A DNA stretch of 64,000 nucleotides from contig CAVYES010000010.1 of assembly GCA_963767735.1 (NCBI GenBank), positions 15,581 through 79,580 of the forward strand. The letters run 5' to 3'. Positions within the stretch are counted from its first letter, which is position 1; the number at the start of each line of letters is the position of its first letter. Made by a program: the position numbers and the translations under genes. Below are positions 1 to 8,899 of the stretch, in pieces. The notes beneath the pieces are model-generated. The model had not been told where the DNA came from. It searched no databases and was given only the letters and a program-made list of their open reading frames with translations. This DNA is from Candidatus Bathyarchaeota archaeon. Lineage in GTDB: Archaea > Thermoproteota > Bathyarchaeia > Bathyarchaeales > Bathycorpusculaceae.

Positions 1-470
1 GCACTAACTTTAGCGATCTCTCGATCGACAACACTTGTAAACTCGTCGAAAACTATCAAAGGCTGATCCAAGCAAAGTGCACGGGCAATATCCACTCGCA
101 TCTTTTCCCCTTGACTTAAGCAGTCATAACTTTTTAGCCAGTCCGGTGGTGAGGCGAAACCAACGCTGCCAAGCATTCGGGTGATCTCTGAGGTTTCAAG
201 CTCTTCTGGAAAGTCATCCAAGACACACTTGCTTTTGTACTGGAAACCTCTGATATAGGCCTCTGGGAAAAGCTGTTTGGCAATGCTTGTTTTGCCGGAG
301 CCACTGCGGCCAACGATAACGCCAACCTGCCAATCACCATCCTCAATAGGCAAAGAGCCCTTGAAACGCTTCTCCAACTTAACATCCGAGAGCGTATAAC
401 TACCAACGACGCTTTGAGCCCTAAAGCTGTCGGCTTCTTCCCAATGTTTTACAATGTCAAAATCCGTAGC
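1..470 (-). CDS. ABC-type ATPase (phage/MGE family often fused to a GNAT acetyltransferase), 3' end outside window; not in ORF track
   Basis: Manual translation of the open frame 470->3: ATDFDIVKHW...VGVIVGRSGSGKTSIAK (Walker A)...LSQGEKMRVDIARAL (ABC signature-like)...LIVFDEFTSVVDREIAKVS (Walker B). No ATG/GTG at the 5' end of the frame. Confidence 0.8.
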
Positions 471-1012
471 TTATACCCCTCCTCTTTCAACTTATCAAAG
501 ATTTGTTTTTGATGGACTTCATCTTTGCACTCAACGATTATCTCGTAAGTTTCAGGTATGGTTAGCGGAGACTCTTTGTCATCTAATTCCTGTGGCAGCT
601 TCTCACCTATCGATTCAAGAAGCGCCTGCAGATCCTCTTTCTCGCCTGCTTGCAGTATGCGTACGTATTCTTCATTGTCAAGTTCTGTATTGTGTTTGCC
701 CTTCAGCTTGTTTAAAATCTGCCGAAGCATACGCCTATCAATGTCGCTAACTGGTAAACGAAGAACTGGAGCAAAAAATTCACCATGCCTGATGCAAATA
801 CTCTGACGCTGTTCTCCATCAACTAGAACGCCGTCTTTATTGGTCAATATTGGGTAGGTCCAACCATACTTTTGTAGGCTCCGCCAGATCTGCTCTTGCT
901 GTTTAATTGTGGTCCGGTTGGGATTGTTGTGGTCTGCAGTTAAAAGGCGAATGTCTTCCAAAATTGGAATGTAGGCATCAGGAACTTTGAGCGTAGTAGT
1001 TTTATTTTCCAT
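449..1012 (-). CDS. ParB/Srx-like N-terminal domain protein
   Basis: NPN...SLQKYGWTYPIL...VLVDGEQR pattern typical of ParB-N domains, with acidic linker and small C-terminal domain. Confidence 0.75.
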   Translation of the reverse strand: MENKTTTLKVPDAYIPILEDIRLLTADHNNPNRTTIKQQEQIWRSLQKYGWTYPILTNKDGVLVDGEQRQSICIRHGEFFAPVLRLPVSDIDRRMLRQILNKLKGKHNTELDNEEYVRILQAGEKEDLQALLESIGEKLPQELDDKESPLTIPETYEIIVECKDEVHQKQIFDKLKEEGYKLRILTL

Positions 1013-1451
1013 TTAATATGCCTCCATGTTTTGCTATTTCCTCGTATAACACTTCATTCTTAGCCAATTCGTTCTCTACCTCGACAGCTCTTTTCTGTGC
1101 ATCCTGTTTTTCTTTCAACGTTTCTAAACCCAGTACTGATACCATGCGATCTGTGATGTCTACCATTTTGGAAAGGTAAATGGGTTTTTGGGCTTCGTTT
1201 GCGGTTTGAAAATGAAGGCTTGCTTGCCGATATAGGAAGTCATAACGATTAATCAAGATAAGTCGAGCTTTGTCTAAATCGAATAGTTGAGTTAAGACCG
1301 GTTGCCATGTATCGCGGGTTTCTGCATCATAGTAGATATTTCTCTCTGACGTTTGGAATTTTTCGCTCAGCAGCTTCACGATTTCGCAGAGGGAAAAGCC
1401 TTTTGCTTCGAGCTTTAGAAATTCCAGGCGTCTTTCAACGACTTCACTCAA
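1002..1451 (-). CDS. HTH DNA-binding protein, possibly terminase small subunit-like
   Basis: N-terminal HTH-like segment (GFSLCEIVKLLSEKFQTSERNIYYD) followed by helical/coiled-coil region; overlaps ParB start. The terminase assignment is inference from context. Confidence 0.45.
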   Translation of the reverse strand: MSEVVERRLEFLKLEAKGFSLCEIVKLLSEKFQTSERNIYYDAETRDTWQPVLTQLFDLDKARLILINRYDFLYRQASLHFQTANEAQKPIYLSKMVDITDRMVSVLGLETLKEKQDAQKRAVEVENELAKNEVLYEEIAKHGGILNGK

Positions 1452-1490
1452 GCAAAATCCTCCAAAATTGAAACCCGGATTTCAAAATCG

Positions 1491-2171
1491 CTATAGTTTG
1501 TGGTTCGCCTCAGCATATCGCCCTCCAGCTTTACTTCTCGGCGATGCTGCTCTGTCAAGAAATAGTACGGTTCCTCTAATGTGGGCAGTATGATATTTTC
1601 TGCAAATTTTAAAGTAGGCTTCCACTATCTCGAAAATATCGCTGTCGGGAAAACACTCTTGAAAAGCTTTGATGTCTGGGGCACGATTCCAGTTATAGGT
1701 TAAGTGCCAGTAGAGGCGCAGACAGATTTTCTCGTATTCGGTAGCTTGCTTTTGCAAGACATCCACTTTATCATAAATCACTTTCATTTGCAAAAGTGCC
1801 TGAACGAAAGTCCTTCTTTTAGGGTCTTCTCGTGCTTTAGCTATGTTAATTTGGTAAGGTTCTTCGGGTTCTTCATCCCATTCTTGCCCAAGCATTTTTG
1901 CTTCTCCCTGCGACTGAGGGTACTTCTCAAGCAGGTATTTTCGGGTTTTAGCGTATGTTACCATGATTTCCCATTCGGCACCAGACATTAACGAAAGGTC
2001 GTTGCCATCTTCGTCTAAGACTTCAGGCCACAACTGCTTTAGAGTAAAATTGTCGGGATCTATGCCTTCTTTCTTAAGTTTCCCAAGAATTTGTGGAGAA
2101 AGGGAGGCACTTAATGGCTTTGGCTCATTTTGGCTGTGCTCACGAACCTTATCTTTGAAGTCTTCAAACAT
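1491..2171 (-). CDS. hypothetical protein (mobile element)
   Basis: 226-aa ORF, co-oriented with neighbours, GGAGG RBS-like sequence upstream. Confidence 0.6.
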   Translation of the reverse strand: MFEDFKDKVREHSQNEPKPLSASLSPQILGKLKKEGIDPDNFTLKQLWPEVLDEDGNDLSLMSGAEWEIMVTYAKTRKYLLEKYPQSQGEAKMLGQEWDEEPEEPYQINIAKAREDPKRRTFVQALLQMKVIYDKVDVLQKQATEYEKICLRLYWHLTYNWNRAPDIKAFQECFPDSDIFEIVEAYFKICRKYHTAHIRGTVLFLDRAASPRSKAGGRYAEANHKL

Positions 2172-2314
2172 TATGTTTGCTTGCCTCCAAATCTCTCGTT
2201 CTGTTCGGTTTTAGCTTCCTTGGAAAGCGTCGCTTCCGCTCTTTGCTTACGCTTCACCAGTCGCCAATACTCACGAAGCTCAGGCGAGTGCTTGAATGCT
2301 TTCACAGTGTCCAT
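2171..2314 (-). CDS. small basic hypothetical protein (47 aa, MDTVKAFKHSPELREYWRLVKRKQRAE...)
   Basis: Manually read ORF whose TAA overlaps the next ATG (TAATG coupling). Confidence 0.5.
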   Translation of the reverse strand: MDTVKAFKHSPELREYWRLVKRKQRAEATLSKEAKTEQNERFGGKQT

Positions 2315-2549
2315 GACAGAAGGTTTTGCAAGTAGCTTATGAAGAGCATATAAAAAATCTTAAAAATAGCGAGTTCCATCCAAAAAAAGCAACCGCTAAA
2401 GCCAACGAGAAACCAAAACAACAAGCCCTCCTTTTATCGAGGGTACATCAAAAACTTACCGTTTTTTGGCTTTTCCATGGCCATTATTAAGCGCACTGAG
2501 AATTCGATCATCTTGATTAATGATTCTCAGCGCAATATCCATCGGATCT

Positions 2550-2993
2550 TTACAGTTCGCCATTTTTGAGCCAATCCTCTATTTCGACAATTGTATATTT
2601 GCGAATGTCTTTTATAAATCTAATTATCTTCTGCTCATCTTTCTCTTTGAAGTCAGCATCATTCTTTTCAAGAAAGGTTTTGGTGACGATATAGGCAGTT
2701 CTATGATGACCATCTTGGAAAATTCTGCTTGTCGCAATATCCTTTAGGAGTATTGCGGCTTTTCTGTATATACCCTCAGCGCTCTTTGCTTCCTCGATAA
2801 AGTGATGATAGGGTTCAAGCCCCGATTCAAAACCTTTGAATCCTCCGTACCTGTCAATCATGATTTCATTGATTTGCATTAAGAACCAATCAGACGGGTA
2901 CCAAACCTCATTTGGATCCGCTTCGCACTCAGGTAAAACTAAAGGTTGCTTGATTTCATCCTCATTGCGCCTTTGTTTAGTGATTTTTGGCAA
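2550..2993 (-). CDS. Fic/Doc family protein with degenerate motif
   Basis: RIFQDGHHRTA resembles Fic HPFxDGNxR; Doc-like size and helical layout. Confidence 0.7.
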   Translation of the reverse strand: MPKITKQRRNEDEIKQPLVLPECEADPNEVWYPSDWFLMQINEIMIDRYGGFKGFESGLEPYHHFIEEAKSAEGIYRKAAILLKDIATSRIFQDGHHRTAYIVTKTFLEKNDADFKEKDEQKIIRFIKDIRKYTIVEIEDWLKNGEL

Positions 2994-3005
2994 ATTTTCG
3001 GTCTC

Positions 3006-4343
3006 CTAAAACTTGAATAAATACGTCTCATCACTTAATGTCTGAACTAGATTCCAGCCGTCATTTAATCTGCGAATCATGTCGTCATTTCCCTTAACTA
3101 CAACATACTTTTGCTTTTTATCGTGGTTGACTGTAGTCGTTTTATCTCTTCTTTCATCTTTGATTTCGTCTGTATCTTCTTTTAAGCGGCTGAGCTCTTG
3201 GATCGACTCGTCTACGTTCCGGTGTTTAGCGAGTACATCTTCCATCTTTTTGATTTTATCTTCAGAGAACCCAAAAACCTTTGCCATATCGATTATCTGC
3301 CTCTTTCGAGAATCTTCTGAAAGCCCATTCTTTTCTGGGAAAAAGTTAACCGAGCTATACTTCTGCCGTAGCTCCTCAACCTTGGTCTTGTCATAGTAAA
3401 CATCCTGAGTTCCAGGCAAAATATGCCCCATCAAGAACTCTTGATCTTTAGGATCCAACCGAGCGTTTCTCAAAGCTGATTCAAACGCTTTCCTTAAGCA
3501 GTGCGGATAAACGTCTTTCCACCTTTTTACTCCGATTTTTTGAGCGGCTATCTTTACAGTGGCTTCGAGTGTCTTTTTCATAACAGGAATATGCCATCTC
3601 TTCTCAAAAGCTACATTGCTACTCTCAGAAGCAAACAAAGGTTCATCATCCTCAATCTTGCCCTCCTGTTCAATCCTTTGCTCTAAATACTGTTTTAGGG
3701 CAATTACCGCCTCTTTAGAAATGAAAGAAAAATAAGGAATATTTCCCTTGCAAGCACCATCATCTATCCTCTTCATTTCAGGATAGACAGGAACTTTGAT
3801 GATTTCCTTGTGACTCACCAACTCTTCCCTCACATCACCGTAAAGAAGTGCTCTCAAAGTAGAATTTCGCAGGCCACTCGTGTATAATGACATCATTATT
3901 GCTCTGTTTCTTCTCGTGCCACTCGAAAAAGCAATATCGTAAATTTCAGCTGAAGACGGAATATACTCGCTTTTCTTTCTGTATCTAGAAGGCTGATAAT
4001 GCCGCTCAACCTCCAAATCTGATGGACCTTTAAAACCGTTAACCCTGAAAAAAGTCTTCAGATAACCCAAGCTAACATTCACATAGCGGGTACTAAACCC
4101 TTTATCTGCAAGGGAGTCAATGTACCCCTGAACAACTCCAGAAGCATCCTTGCAAGGCAATAAAACAAGTTCATCCGGGGTCTTTTGAGCAAACACACAT
4201 AACCCCTTCAAAATATAACCAACATTCTCTCGGGTCTTCTCGCTTCTTACTTTACGGCTATAATGCTTAAGAAAAATATCTACGCTTTTATACTGGCTTG
4301 TCCAGTCGTCGACTTTCAGAAACTTTTCCCAAGTCTTCAACAT
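3006..4343 (-). CDS. tyrosine recombinase/integrase
   Basis: Catalytic set present: GLR, K (ACKG), HCLRK, MGH, YY. Confidence 0.92.
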   Translation of the reverse strand: MLKTWEKFLKVDDWTSQYKSVDIFLKHYSRKVRSEKTRENVGYILKGLCVFAQKTPDELVLLPCKDASGVVQGYIDSLADKGFSTRYVNVSLGYLKTFFRVNGFKGPSDLEVERHYQPSRYRKKSEYIPSSAEIYDIAFSSGTRRNRAIMMSLYTSGLRNSTLRALLYGDVREELVSHKEIIKVPVYPEMKRIDDGACKGNIPYFSFISKEAVIALKQYLEQRIEQEGKIEDDEPLFASESSNVAFEKRWHIPVMKKTLEATVKIAAQKIGVKRWKDVYPHCLRKAFESALRNARLDPKDQEFLMGHILPGTQDVYYDKTKVEELRQKYSSVNFFPEKNGLSEDSRKRQIIDMAKVFGFSEDKIKKMEDVLAKHRNVDESIQELSRLKEDTDEIKDERRDKTTTVNHDKKQKYVVVKGNDDMIRRLNDGWNLVQTLSDETYLFKF

Positions 4344-4567
4344 TTAGGCCTCTTAGAGAAGGAGGGCTTAACGCCATATTTAAGCGTAGGGTCACCCTTT
4401 GAACGGGACCATGCCAGGCTAGGGCAATCCCGCCACTGACAACGCTTTTGATGATGCTAAAGTCTGGGTTACAGTGTAGAGTGTGGTGCTCGGATATTTT
4501 GGCTTTCTGTAGGCGGGATGCGGCATTCAAGCGAAATCAAGTGCAGAGCCTAACCCAAAGCTCAGGT

Positions 4568-5596
4568 TTAGGCTTCTACAAGTTGGCCACTGTGAATAGC
4601 AGGCAGCACTTCTCTGCCAAAGAAATCTACAGTCTCCAGTTGGTTAGGAGAACCCGAGTGAACTACAATATGCGTCGCGCCGTGTTCAGTGAGTTCTTTG
4701 ATTGCACTTAAGTGAACCTTTGGATCGTTACTTATAGTAAATTCGTTGAGCACATCTTCCAATTTTATTTCTTTTTCAGCGCGCGCTTGAATTTGCTGTG
4801 GGCTTATATTGTCATAATAGCCATGAGTCCAAGCTTTAACGATGAAACGCCATTTTTCAACCGCCTCACGAGCGTCCTCTTTATTTCCAGCCATCGCCCA
4901 ATGCTCAACTATAATGGGTTTGGTTCTTGGGTCTCCGCCGCTTTCACGTACTCCCATATCCCAAGCGGCTTTCACGTTAGGATTGCTCTTAAGCAGGTTT
5001 CCAGCCGTGATCAACCCATCACCATAAAGACCCGACAGACGTGCGCTTTTGGGTCCTGCAGTAGCGACGATGTAGAGAGGAATATTTGATGCAGGATGGT
5101 CGTACAGTTTTCCGTCGACATTCCAAGTTCGCCCTTTATACTGCACATGGTCACCCTCCCATAACTCGCGAATAATTCGGACAGCTTCAGTTACACGGCA
5201 AGCCCGTTCTTCATATGGCGCCCATCCCCCGCCTGCTGCTCCTTCATTTAGGTTCTCACCTAAACCAACGCCAAGATAAACTCTTCCAGGAGCCAGCAAA
5301 CTGAGTGATGCCCAGTTCTGTGCAATTATGGCTGGGTTGTAACGAAACGCGGGGCAAGTTACGCCTGTTCCAAGGTGTATTCGGGATGTGCGTTGAGTAA
5401 GTGCGGCAAGAAGTACCCAAGCAGACCCTGCGTGGCCTTCGTTGGGTTGCCATGGTTGAAAGTGGTCGCTTGTCCATATGCCGTCAAAACCAGCCTCTTC
5501 AGCGGCTGTTCCATACTTAAGGAGTTGTGGAGTAGTGAACTGTTCATTAGCTAGTGCAAAATAAATGAGAGGTTTAGTCTTTTTGTTTAAACTCAT
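4568..5596 (-). CDS. F420-dependent LLM-class oxidoreductase, G6PDH-like family
   Basis: EQF...AEEAGFDGIWTSDHFQPW, LGTGVTCP, GVGLGENLNE motifs. Confidence 0.85.
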   Translation of the reverse strand: MSLNKKTKPLIYFALANEQFTTPQLLKYGTAAEEAGFDGIWTSDHFQPWQPNEGHAGSAWVLLAALTQRTSRIHLGTGVTCPAFRYNPAIIAQNWASLSLLAPGRVYLGVGLGENLNEGAAGGGWAPYEERACRVTEAVRIIRELWEGDHVQYKGRTWNVDGKLYDHPASNIPLYIVATAGPKSARLSGLYGDGLITAGNLLKSNPNVKAAWDMGVRESGGDPRTKPIIVEHWAMAGNKEDAREAVEKWRFIVKAWTHGYYDNISPQQIQARAEKEIKLEDVLNEFTISNDPKVHLSAIKELTEHGATHIVVHSGSPNQLETVDFFGREVLPAIHSGQLVEA

Positions 5597-5652
5597 GTTC
5601 CCATCTCATGTAGAATAAGTTTGTAAGCAATTCTCTCTTATGGTACAATCTT

Positions 5653-5684
5653 GTTTAAACCTGTGTGATAGCCCAAAAGCAACA
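5653..5684 (-). promoter_or_regulatory. shared operator/BRE/TATA motif, copy 1
   Basis: Minus strand TGTTGC-TTTTGG-GCTAT-CACACAG-GTTTAAAC, 57 bp upstream of the F420 oxidoreductase start. Confidence 0.55.
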
Positions 5685-5738
5685 ACACCCGTCGTAATGA
5701 ACAAATTTCGAAGAATACCGCAACGCTATTAGGACCTC

Positions 5739-6539
5739 CTAATAGGTGATGATTTCATTACTTTCCTCAATTATTCTGGAAAAAACCGTTTGGTCAGGCA
5801 TCACGAAAGGTTTAGACTGAGGAACGCGGCTTAGCACATCGACTAGTTGCTCGATTCTGGTTCGGGCTGTGGGCAAATGGGACGAGAGAATCATGCTTGG
5901 ATTTAGCTCCCTAACCTCATCAAGTGCTACCTTGAATTTTTGCTCCTCCATTAAGTGAACCCATGGAGTGTCAAATGATGCCCAAGCAATCATACCCTCA
6001 TCAAGCTCCTGATCCGAAAAACTCGCGGTGTTTCTTTCTTTTCTCTTCAGAACTGCACCAAAAGCATCAACCGAGAACAACGCGCCTGATTTTTCATCAA
6101 ACAAGCCTACCGTATATGGCGAGTCATAAAGGGGAGGCTTGATGAGAGTTAGTTTTCGGTCGCCCACGCTGATTTTTTCTCCTATACTTAACGCGTAAAC
6201 CCTTTCAAGGGGAACTTGCCAGCTTGTGTTCATTCTGAGAGCTGATAAAGCATGCACAGCAAGTTTGGCTTTTGGTGCAAATTCAAGCAAGGGCTTAATA
6301 TTCCCTGCATGATCAACGTCATCGTGGGTAAGCCACAGCCACTTTAGGTCTTGAGGGTCAATTATTGACTTTAGAGCATTAACAAAATCTTCACTGTCTC
6401 TGCCCAATCCTGCGTCAACTAAAACGGGTTCTTCACTTAGAAGGACAAATGAATTAACTGGTATGGTTCCAAATCGAGGGATGTGATAGGATGAAGAGAG
6501 GACGTAGATATCTTGGCTAATCGAGTAAAAATCAAGCAT
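5739..6539 (-). CDS. metallo-beta-lactamase fold protein (FprA/ODP-like)
   Basis: LVDAG, THDDVDHAG, FSVDAFG, SSH motifs. Confidence 0.8.
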   Translation of the reverse strand: MLDFYSISQDIYVLSSSYHIPRFGTIPVNSFVLLSEEPVLVDAGLGRDSEDFVNALKSIIDPQDLKWLWLTHDDVDHAGNIKPLLEFAPKAKLAVHALSALRMNTSWQVPLERVYALSIGEKISVGDRKLTLIKPPLYDSPYTVGLFDEKSGALFSVDAFGAVLKRKERNTASFSDQELDEGMIAWASFDTPWVHLMEEQKFKVALDEVRELNPSMILSSHLPTARTRIEQLVDVLSRVPQSKPFVMPDQTVFSRIIEESNEIITY

Positions 6540-6590
6540 AAAATCAACTTCTTTGATCCCATGGCACTATGTGGAAGTGGCGAAGCTCTT

Positions 6591-6622
6591 GTTTAAGACT
6601 TTGTGGCTGTACTTATACAACA
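6591..6622 (-). promoter_or_regulatory. shared operator/BRE/TATA motif, copy 2
   Basis: Minus strand TGTTGT-ATAAGT-ACAGC-CACAAAG-TCTTAAAC, 52 bp upstream of the MBL gene start. Confidence 0.55.
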
Positions 6623-6927
6623 CTAAAGTTCAATGAAGCATGTTGCTACATGCTTTGTTAAAATTTTGAACTCACAGAGGTCGAGCAAGCGACGAAAGCC
6701 CTCACGGCAGCCATAAGCAAACAAAGTGTTCGCGGCAGCGTCAGTTGGGATGTTTTGAGGGAAATTGACTTCCAGAAATGGGTTGTCTGTACTTTCGGGG
6801 GCTGTCTACCTGCGTCGAATGCATTGAAATAGAAATAACTAGTTTGATGTCATTCAGCCAGAATTCTTTATTCATCATAATCGGTCTCTTTTATTGCAGT
6901 TGGTTTTGGTCATGAAATTCAAAGACC

Positions 6928-7431
6928 TTACCTCAACTCACAGGGTTTTCTGTTGATGGGACGTTGATCCATTTGTATCAACATATTCACGGAAGGCTGG
7001 TCACCCACTGTACCTGAGCGATGGCCTCTGCGTCCTTGGGAGTCTTGGTTGGTATTCTGGTCGTTTCCAAACGACAGCTCTCCAGGTCCCATCTCCACAC
7101 GCTTGCCATCCATGGTCTCCACAAACCAACGCCCTGAGAGCGGCACGATCCATTGTGGTTTTGGGTTCTCATGCCATTCACCCACCCAACCTACTGGTAG
7201 TACCATGACTATCATGTTGGTGCAAGGGTTTGTTAATCTATCAAGCCATTCTGGCGCCGCGCCGCTCGATATGCTCTCGAACTCGAAGTCCGTTAGGAAG
7301 CAGCGGTCTTGATGGCTTATTCCATTCCTGTCAACCCAGACATGCCAGTATGGCACAGAAGGTTTACCGTTGGAATTTTTGGCCGTCAATAGACGTGATT
7401 GATTAGGTTTTAAAAGTTTTGATCCTGACAA
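6928..7431 (-). CDS. cupin domain protein
   Basis: WHENPKPQWIVPLSG...MGPGE...GHRS cupin motifs. Confidence 0.75.
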   Translation of the reverse strand: MSGSKLLKPNQSRLLTAKNSNGKPSVPYWHVWVDRNGISHQDRCFLTDFEFESISSGAAPEWLDRLTNPCTNMIVMVLPVGWVGEWHENPKPQWIVPLSGRWFVETMDGKRVEMGPGELSFGNDQNTNQDSQGRRGHRSGTVGDQPSVNMLIQMDQRPINRKPCELR

Positions 7432-7460
7432 TGCAGATGCCTCATGACTTTTCGGTTATT

Positions 7461-8882
7461 CTAAGGAACTGCCGCTGCCTGTCCTGAATCTGTTGCGAAA
7501 ATCTGAATGGATTTTATGTTTACAAATTCTTTTATCCCGTACCTAGATAATTCTCTGCCAATACCAGAGTTCTTCAGGCCTCCAAATGGCAAACGCGGAT
7601 CCGACTGCATCTGACAATTGACAAAGACCGTTCCGCTCTGTATTTTGCTGGTTAAAGAGTTTGCTCTGTCCAAGTTTTCGGTCCAAATACTTGCGCCTAA
7701 TCCGTAGTCTGTGTCGTTTGCGACGCGTATTGCTTCTGCTTCGTTTTCAACTATGTAAATGGGAGCCGCTGGTCCAAAGACTTCTTCGTTCATAATCCTC
7801 ATGCTTCTGTTTACGTTGGACAGCACCGTGGGATCGTAAAATGATCCTTTTCCAGTTCTTGGGCCTCCCTGAAGCAAAGCTGTCGCGCCCTTGGATAGAG
7901 CATCCTTCACTTGCCCCTCAACCTTTTCAACTGCCTCCTTATTTACGAGAGGACCAACATCAGTTGTGTGATCCATCGGGTCGCCGACTTTTTGGTTTTG
8001 AATCTCGTCAACAAATCTTCGTGTGAATTCTTCAGCGTTGTTTTTGACAACAATAAACCGTTTAGGTTTATCGCAACTTTGGCCTGAGTTAAGGAGACGA
8101 CCGATTGCCCCTACCCGTGCGGCTTCCCGAACGTTTGCATCTTCAAACACGATGAATGGGTCACTACCTCCTAGTTCAAGGACAAACTTCTTTAAACTTC
8201 CAGCTGCCAAGGTTGCGATCGATTTACCAGCCTCCACACTGCCGGTAAAGGTAACTCCTCGGATAATGTCTGACTTAATCAGTTGAGCAATCGTCTCGTA
8301 ACTGCTTATAATCGTGCGAAAAACTCCATCGGGGAACCCTGCGCTGATGATTGATTCTTCAATTGCAAGAGCGCAGGCAGGACAGGTGTTTGAATGCCTC
8401 AGAATAAAGGTGTTCCCAGCCAGCATTGCAGGCATAGCGGCTCGCAGAGCTTGCCAGAACGGAAAGTTCCAAGGCATGACTCCAAGAATTACGCCCAATG
8501 GCTTGAAGGTAACATAGGCATTTTCGGCATCTGTCTCGGTTGGTTCATCTTTTAGCCATTCTTCGCCGTGTTTTGCCAACACTTCAGCTGTCCAAGCGCA
8601 TTTTTCTATCTCGTTCTCGGACTGAACGATAGGCTTGCCCATTTCTGTTGTAATAATTTTGGCGTACTCAGCTTTCTTTGCGCGAAGCAATTTAGCAATG
8701 GAACCTATGTACACTGCTCTATCTGAAAGAGATAGAACACTCCACTTGTGTCGATAAGTGTCATTTGCTTTACTAGCAGCCTCCATGGCTTTTTCCACAG
8801 AAATCAAAGGATAAGACGCCAATTCTTCCCCAGTAGCAGGATTCATTGTTTCTATCACATTTCTTTCTTCGTGCATTTGCAT
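7461..8882 (-). CDS. NAD(P)-dependent aldehyde dehydrogenase, succinate-semialdehyde dehydrogenase (Sad/GabD1)-like
   Basis: MPWNFP, FTGS, LELGGSDP, GQSC, EEVFGP, PFGG motifs. Confidence 0.88.
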   Translation of the reverse strand: MQMHEERNVIETMNPATGEELASYPLISVEKAMEAASKANDTYRHKWSVLSLSDRAVYIGSIAKLLRAKKAEYAKIITTEMGKPIVQSENEIEKCAWTAEVLAKHGEEWLKDEPTETDAENAYVTFKPLGVILGVMPWNFPFWQALRAAMPAMLAGNTFILRHSNTCPACALAIEESIISAGFPDGVFRTIISSYETIAQLIKSDIIRGVTFTGSVEAGKSIATLAAGSLKKFVLELGGSDPFIVFEDANVREAARVGAIGRLLNSGQSCDKPKRFIVVKNNAEEFTRRFVDEIQNQKVGDPMDHTTDVGPLVNKEAVEKVEGQVKDALSKGATALLQGGPRTGKGSFYDPTVLSNVNRSMRIMNEEVFGPAAPIYIVENEAEAIRVANDTDYGLGASIWTENLDRANSLTSKIQSGTVFVNCQMQSDPRLPFGGLKNSGIGRELSRYGIKEFVNIKSIQIFATDSGQAAAVP

Positions 8883-8899
8883 ATTATTTCACCGATTTT

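Larger units (their letters stand above)
1..4440. mobile_element. right-hand end of an integrated element (provirus or integrative plasmid); left boundary outside window
   Basis: Integrase plus co-oriented Fic, HTH, ParB-like and ATPase genes; att site not confirmed. Confidence 0.6.

Noticed and set aside
134-406. 90-aa track ORF
   Set aside because: Shadow of the real ATPase frame on the same strand.
2491-2533. Imperfect long hairpin (CTGAGAAT...ATTCTCAG) as a replication origin or ncRNA
   Set aside because: Single occurrence just after the Fic gene; cannot be distinguished from a terminator or operator.
6636-6832. 8-bp inverted repeat plus a start-less open frame (…LREIDFQKWVVCTFGG…)
   Set aside because: No start codon and only vague protein resemblance; not enough to call.
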